From contig DBYC01000053.1 in the NCBI GenBank assembly GCA_002310035.1, positions 1 to 54,054 on the forward strand: 54,054 bases of DNA, read 5' to 3'. Origin of the DNA: a bacterium UBP6_UBA1196 (lineage in GTDB: Bacteria > UBP6 > UBA1177). Below the pieces are notes generated by a model. That model did not search any database. It was not told where the DNA came from and saw nothing but the letters and a program-made list of their open reading frames with translations. Below are positions 52,080-54,054 of the stretch, one piece after another. Numbering within the stretch: position 1 is the stretch's first letter; each line of letters begins with the position of its first letter. The translations under genes were made by a program, and so were the position numbers.

Positions 52080-53537
52080 ATGAAAATCGCTTTTGTCGCA
52101 TCGGAATGTTATCCTTTTGTAAAGACCGGCGGTCTTGCAGATGTCACAAGCTCTCTTTCGCAGGCACTTGCGGAACTCGGGCACGAAGTCGCCGTTATTC
52201 TTCCATACTACAAAGCCATCCGCTCGAAAGAAGTCGAAATCACTACTTTTTTTGAATCGATGTGTGTCCATATGGGTTGCGGGATAGAAGAGTGGTGTTC
52301 TGTCAAAACAGCGATGCTGGGCAAAAAGGTCAGGGTATTTCTTATCGAATCGGATAAATATTTCCTGCGCGACGGGCTTTACTGTGACAGTTTCAGCAAC
52401 GATTTTCAGGATAACCCGTACCGTTTCGCCTTTTTCAGCCGCGCCGCACTGCAGCTTATGCGCGATATGGATTTCAGACCGGATGTCGTCCACGCCCATG
52501 ACTGGCAGACTGCGGCAGTCTGCGCATACATGAAGACCTGGGAGTGGGGCGAAAGCGGGATCGATAAAGCGAAATCTGTCCTCACCATCCACAACATCGG
52601 ATACCAGGGGATTTACAGCGCCGACTGTCTCGACTACTGCGGTTTTGACTGGAAATTTTTCACAAGCGAAATTTTCGAGGACTATGGTCGTGTCAATTTC
52701 CTCAAAGGAGGCATCCATTTTGCCGATTTCGTGACGACAGTGAGCCCGAAATACGCCGAAGAAACACTCGGCGGCTCGCAGAGTTACGGCCTTGCGCCTT
52801 ACCTCAAAAGCAAAAACGAGAGATATTCGGGCATACTCAACGGTGTCGATTATTCAGTCTGGGATCCGAAAACCGATAAAAACATTCCTGAAAACTTCTC
52901 GGCACGCAGTTTTAAAGGAAAAAATGTCTGCAAGCGCGAGTTACAGCGCCGTTTCGGTCTTGCCGAAGACGAGAAAATTCCGCTTATCGGCGTTGTCAGC
53001 CGTTTCGCGCACCAGAAAGGGCTTGACATCCTTGCAAAAGCAGTCGGACGCATTGTTGATTCGATGTTTGTCCAGTTTGCGATCATGGGGTCCGGAGAGA
53101 GCGGACTTGAAAACTTTTTTATGAGGATCCCCGGCGAAAAACCAGGCAAAATCGGCAGTTTCATAGGTTACAGCGACGAAATGTCTCACCTCGTCGAGGC
53201 GGGGAGCGACTTCTTCATAATGCCGTCGCGCTACGAGCCGTGCGGACTCAACCAGATCTATTCGCTTAAATACGGCACGCTTCCCATCGTCCGCAACACA
53301 GGCGGTCTTTCCGACACCGTTCAGCAATATTGCGAAGCCGACGGCAGCGGGACCGGCTTCAAATTCGACTACCTGTCGACTGACGCCATTTTCGACACCG
53401 TAGGCTGGGCCGTAAGCACCTATTTCGACCGCCCCAAACACATCGACAAGATGCGGAAAGCTGCGATGAAATGCGATTTCAGCTGGAAAAATTCGGCGAA
53501 AGAATACGAAAAAATTTACAAAAATCCCGTGTTTTGA
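52080..53537 (+). CDS. glgA: glycogen synthase GlgA (GT5)
   Basis: GGGGAG RBS before the ATG at 52080. MKIAFVASECYPFVKTGGLADV, HAHDWQTA, and PSRYEPCGLNQIY. Confidence 0.9.
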   Translation: MKIAFVASECYPFVKTGGLADVTSSLSQALAELGHEVAVILPYYKAIRSKEVEITTFFESMCVHMGCGIEEWCSVKTAMLGKKVRVFLIESDKYFLRDGLYCDSFSNDFQDNPYRFAFFSRAALQLMRDMDFRPDVVHAHDWQTAAVCAYMKTWEWGESGIDKAKSVLTIHNIGYQGIYSADCLDYCGFDWKFFTSEIFEDYGRVNFLKGGIHFADFVTTVSPKYAEETLGGSQSYGLAPYLKSKNERYSGILNGVDYSVWDPKTDKNIPENFSARSFKGKNVCKRELQRRFGLAEDEKIPLIGVVSRFAHQKGLDILAKAVGRIVDSMFVQFAIMGSGESGLENFFMRIPGEKPGKIGSFIGYSDEMSHLVEAGSDFFIMPSRYEPCGLNQIYSLKYGTLPIVRNTGGLSDTVQQYCEADGSGTGFKFDYLSTDAIFDTVGWAVSTYFDRPKHIDKMRKAAMKCDFSWKNSAKEYEKIYKNPVF

Positions 53538-53619
53538 CAACAAAAACAGCCGCATTTGAAAAAAAATCTCTTAGTTTTTAGGTACTTATAAAAAACTCAA
53601 GATATTGTGCAAAATTTTG

Positions 53620-53647
53620 TTGACAACCACAACTGCTTGTGTATTAT
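53620..53647 (+). promoter_or_regulatory. candidate sigma-70 promoter of the RNR gene
   Basis: TTGACA (53620-53625), 16 nt, then TATTAT (53642-53647), about 50 nt upstream of the ATG at 53696. Confidence 0.35.
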
Positions 53648-53695
53648 CGCCGCGTTTTTTGTTTTTTTTAACTTTAACCCGAGGAGACAAAACAA

Positions 53696-54054
53696 ATGTT
53701 CAAAATCAGAAAAAGAAACAACGCTTTGGCGGATTTCGACTTAACTAAAATCAAGGAAGCTATCAAAAAGGCATTCGTCGCCGCTGATATGCTTTTTAAC
53801 GACGATATTCTCGACATTCTCACGCTCAGAGTAACGGCAGATTTCCAGAACAAGATCCACGACAACGTAATCGAGATCGAAGACGTTCAGGACAGCGTCG
53901 AGAACACGCTTGAAAAATCAGGCTACACCTCAGTTGCAAAGGCTTACATCCTTTACAGAAAGCAGCGCGAGAAACTCCGTGAGATGAAATCGACGATCCT
54001 CGACTACAAAGACACCATCAACAGCTATGTCAACAACGAAGACTGGAGAGTCAA
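53696..54054 (+). CDS. ribonucleotide reductase N-terminus (ATP-cone), probably anaerobic class III NrdD; 3' end outside window
   Basis: Not in the ORF track (no stop inside the window). GAGGAG RBS. Hand translation MFKIRKRNNALADFDLTKIKEAIKKAF...IEDVQDSVENTLEKSGYTSVAKAYILYRKQRE is an ATP-cone. The class assignment is inferred from the anaerobic context. Confidence 0.55.
   Translation, partial: MFKIRKRNNALADFDLTKIKEAIKKAFVAADMLFNDDILDILTLRVTADFQNKIHDNVIEIEDVQDSVENTLEKSGYTSVAKAYILYRKQREKLREMKSTILDYKDTINSYVNNEDWRV

Noticed and set aside
1-54054. Search for rRNA, tRNA, tmRNA, riboswitches, integrases, reverse transcriptases or prophage genes.
   Set aside because: Reading the intergenic gaps by eye, I found no conserved tRNA arm sequences, rRNA segments or recognisable riboswitch cores, and none of the larger ORFs shows integrase, RT or phage signatures. 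A covariance-model scan (Infernal/tRNAscan) would be needed to exclude small RNAs formally.

Overview
This 54-kb window comes from a low-to-moderate-GC diderm anaerobe of uncertain phylum (BamA, TolC-like protein and T2SS; HydF and an ATP-cone ribonucleotide reductase). All family calls rest on motifs I recognise by eye, not on database searches. Housekeeping genes (GH13 amylase, bamA, yhbY, ruvX, rluD, htpG, hydF, cinA-like, glgA) surround four notable blocks. (1) A complete type II secretion locus, gspCDEF plus gspGHIJKLMN (18.6-32.6 kb). It is split into two units, each preceded by an identical sigma-54 -24/-12 element and a 27/30-identical 30-nt upstream element at exactly the same spacing. 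(2) An AT-rich block (32.6-40.5 kb) joined to the second unit without a break. It encodes two members of a secreted Cys-rich paralog family flanking a 1378-aa thrombospondin-type-3/LVIVD-repeat protein; a third paralog copy is cut by the window start. (3) A five-gene, overlap-coupled minus-strand operon (40.5-46.2 kb). It links an HlyD-type adaptor (with a DUF3616-like C-terminal domain) and a TolC-like protein to a VTC (polyphosphate-polymerase-type) protein, a DUF4956 membrane protein and a polytopic membrane protein, with no conventional pump gene. This is my top candidate for an undescribed system. (4) A RayT-type Y1 transposase with four GTAG-headed REP-like palindromes: two lie wholly in-frame inside ORFs and one overlaps the rayT stop codon. 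I recognised no rRNA, tRNA or CRISPR array.
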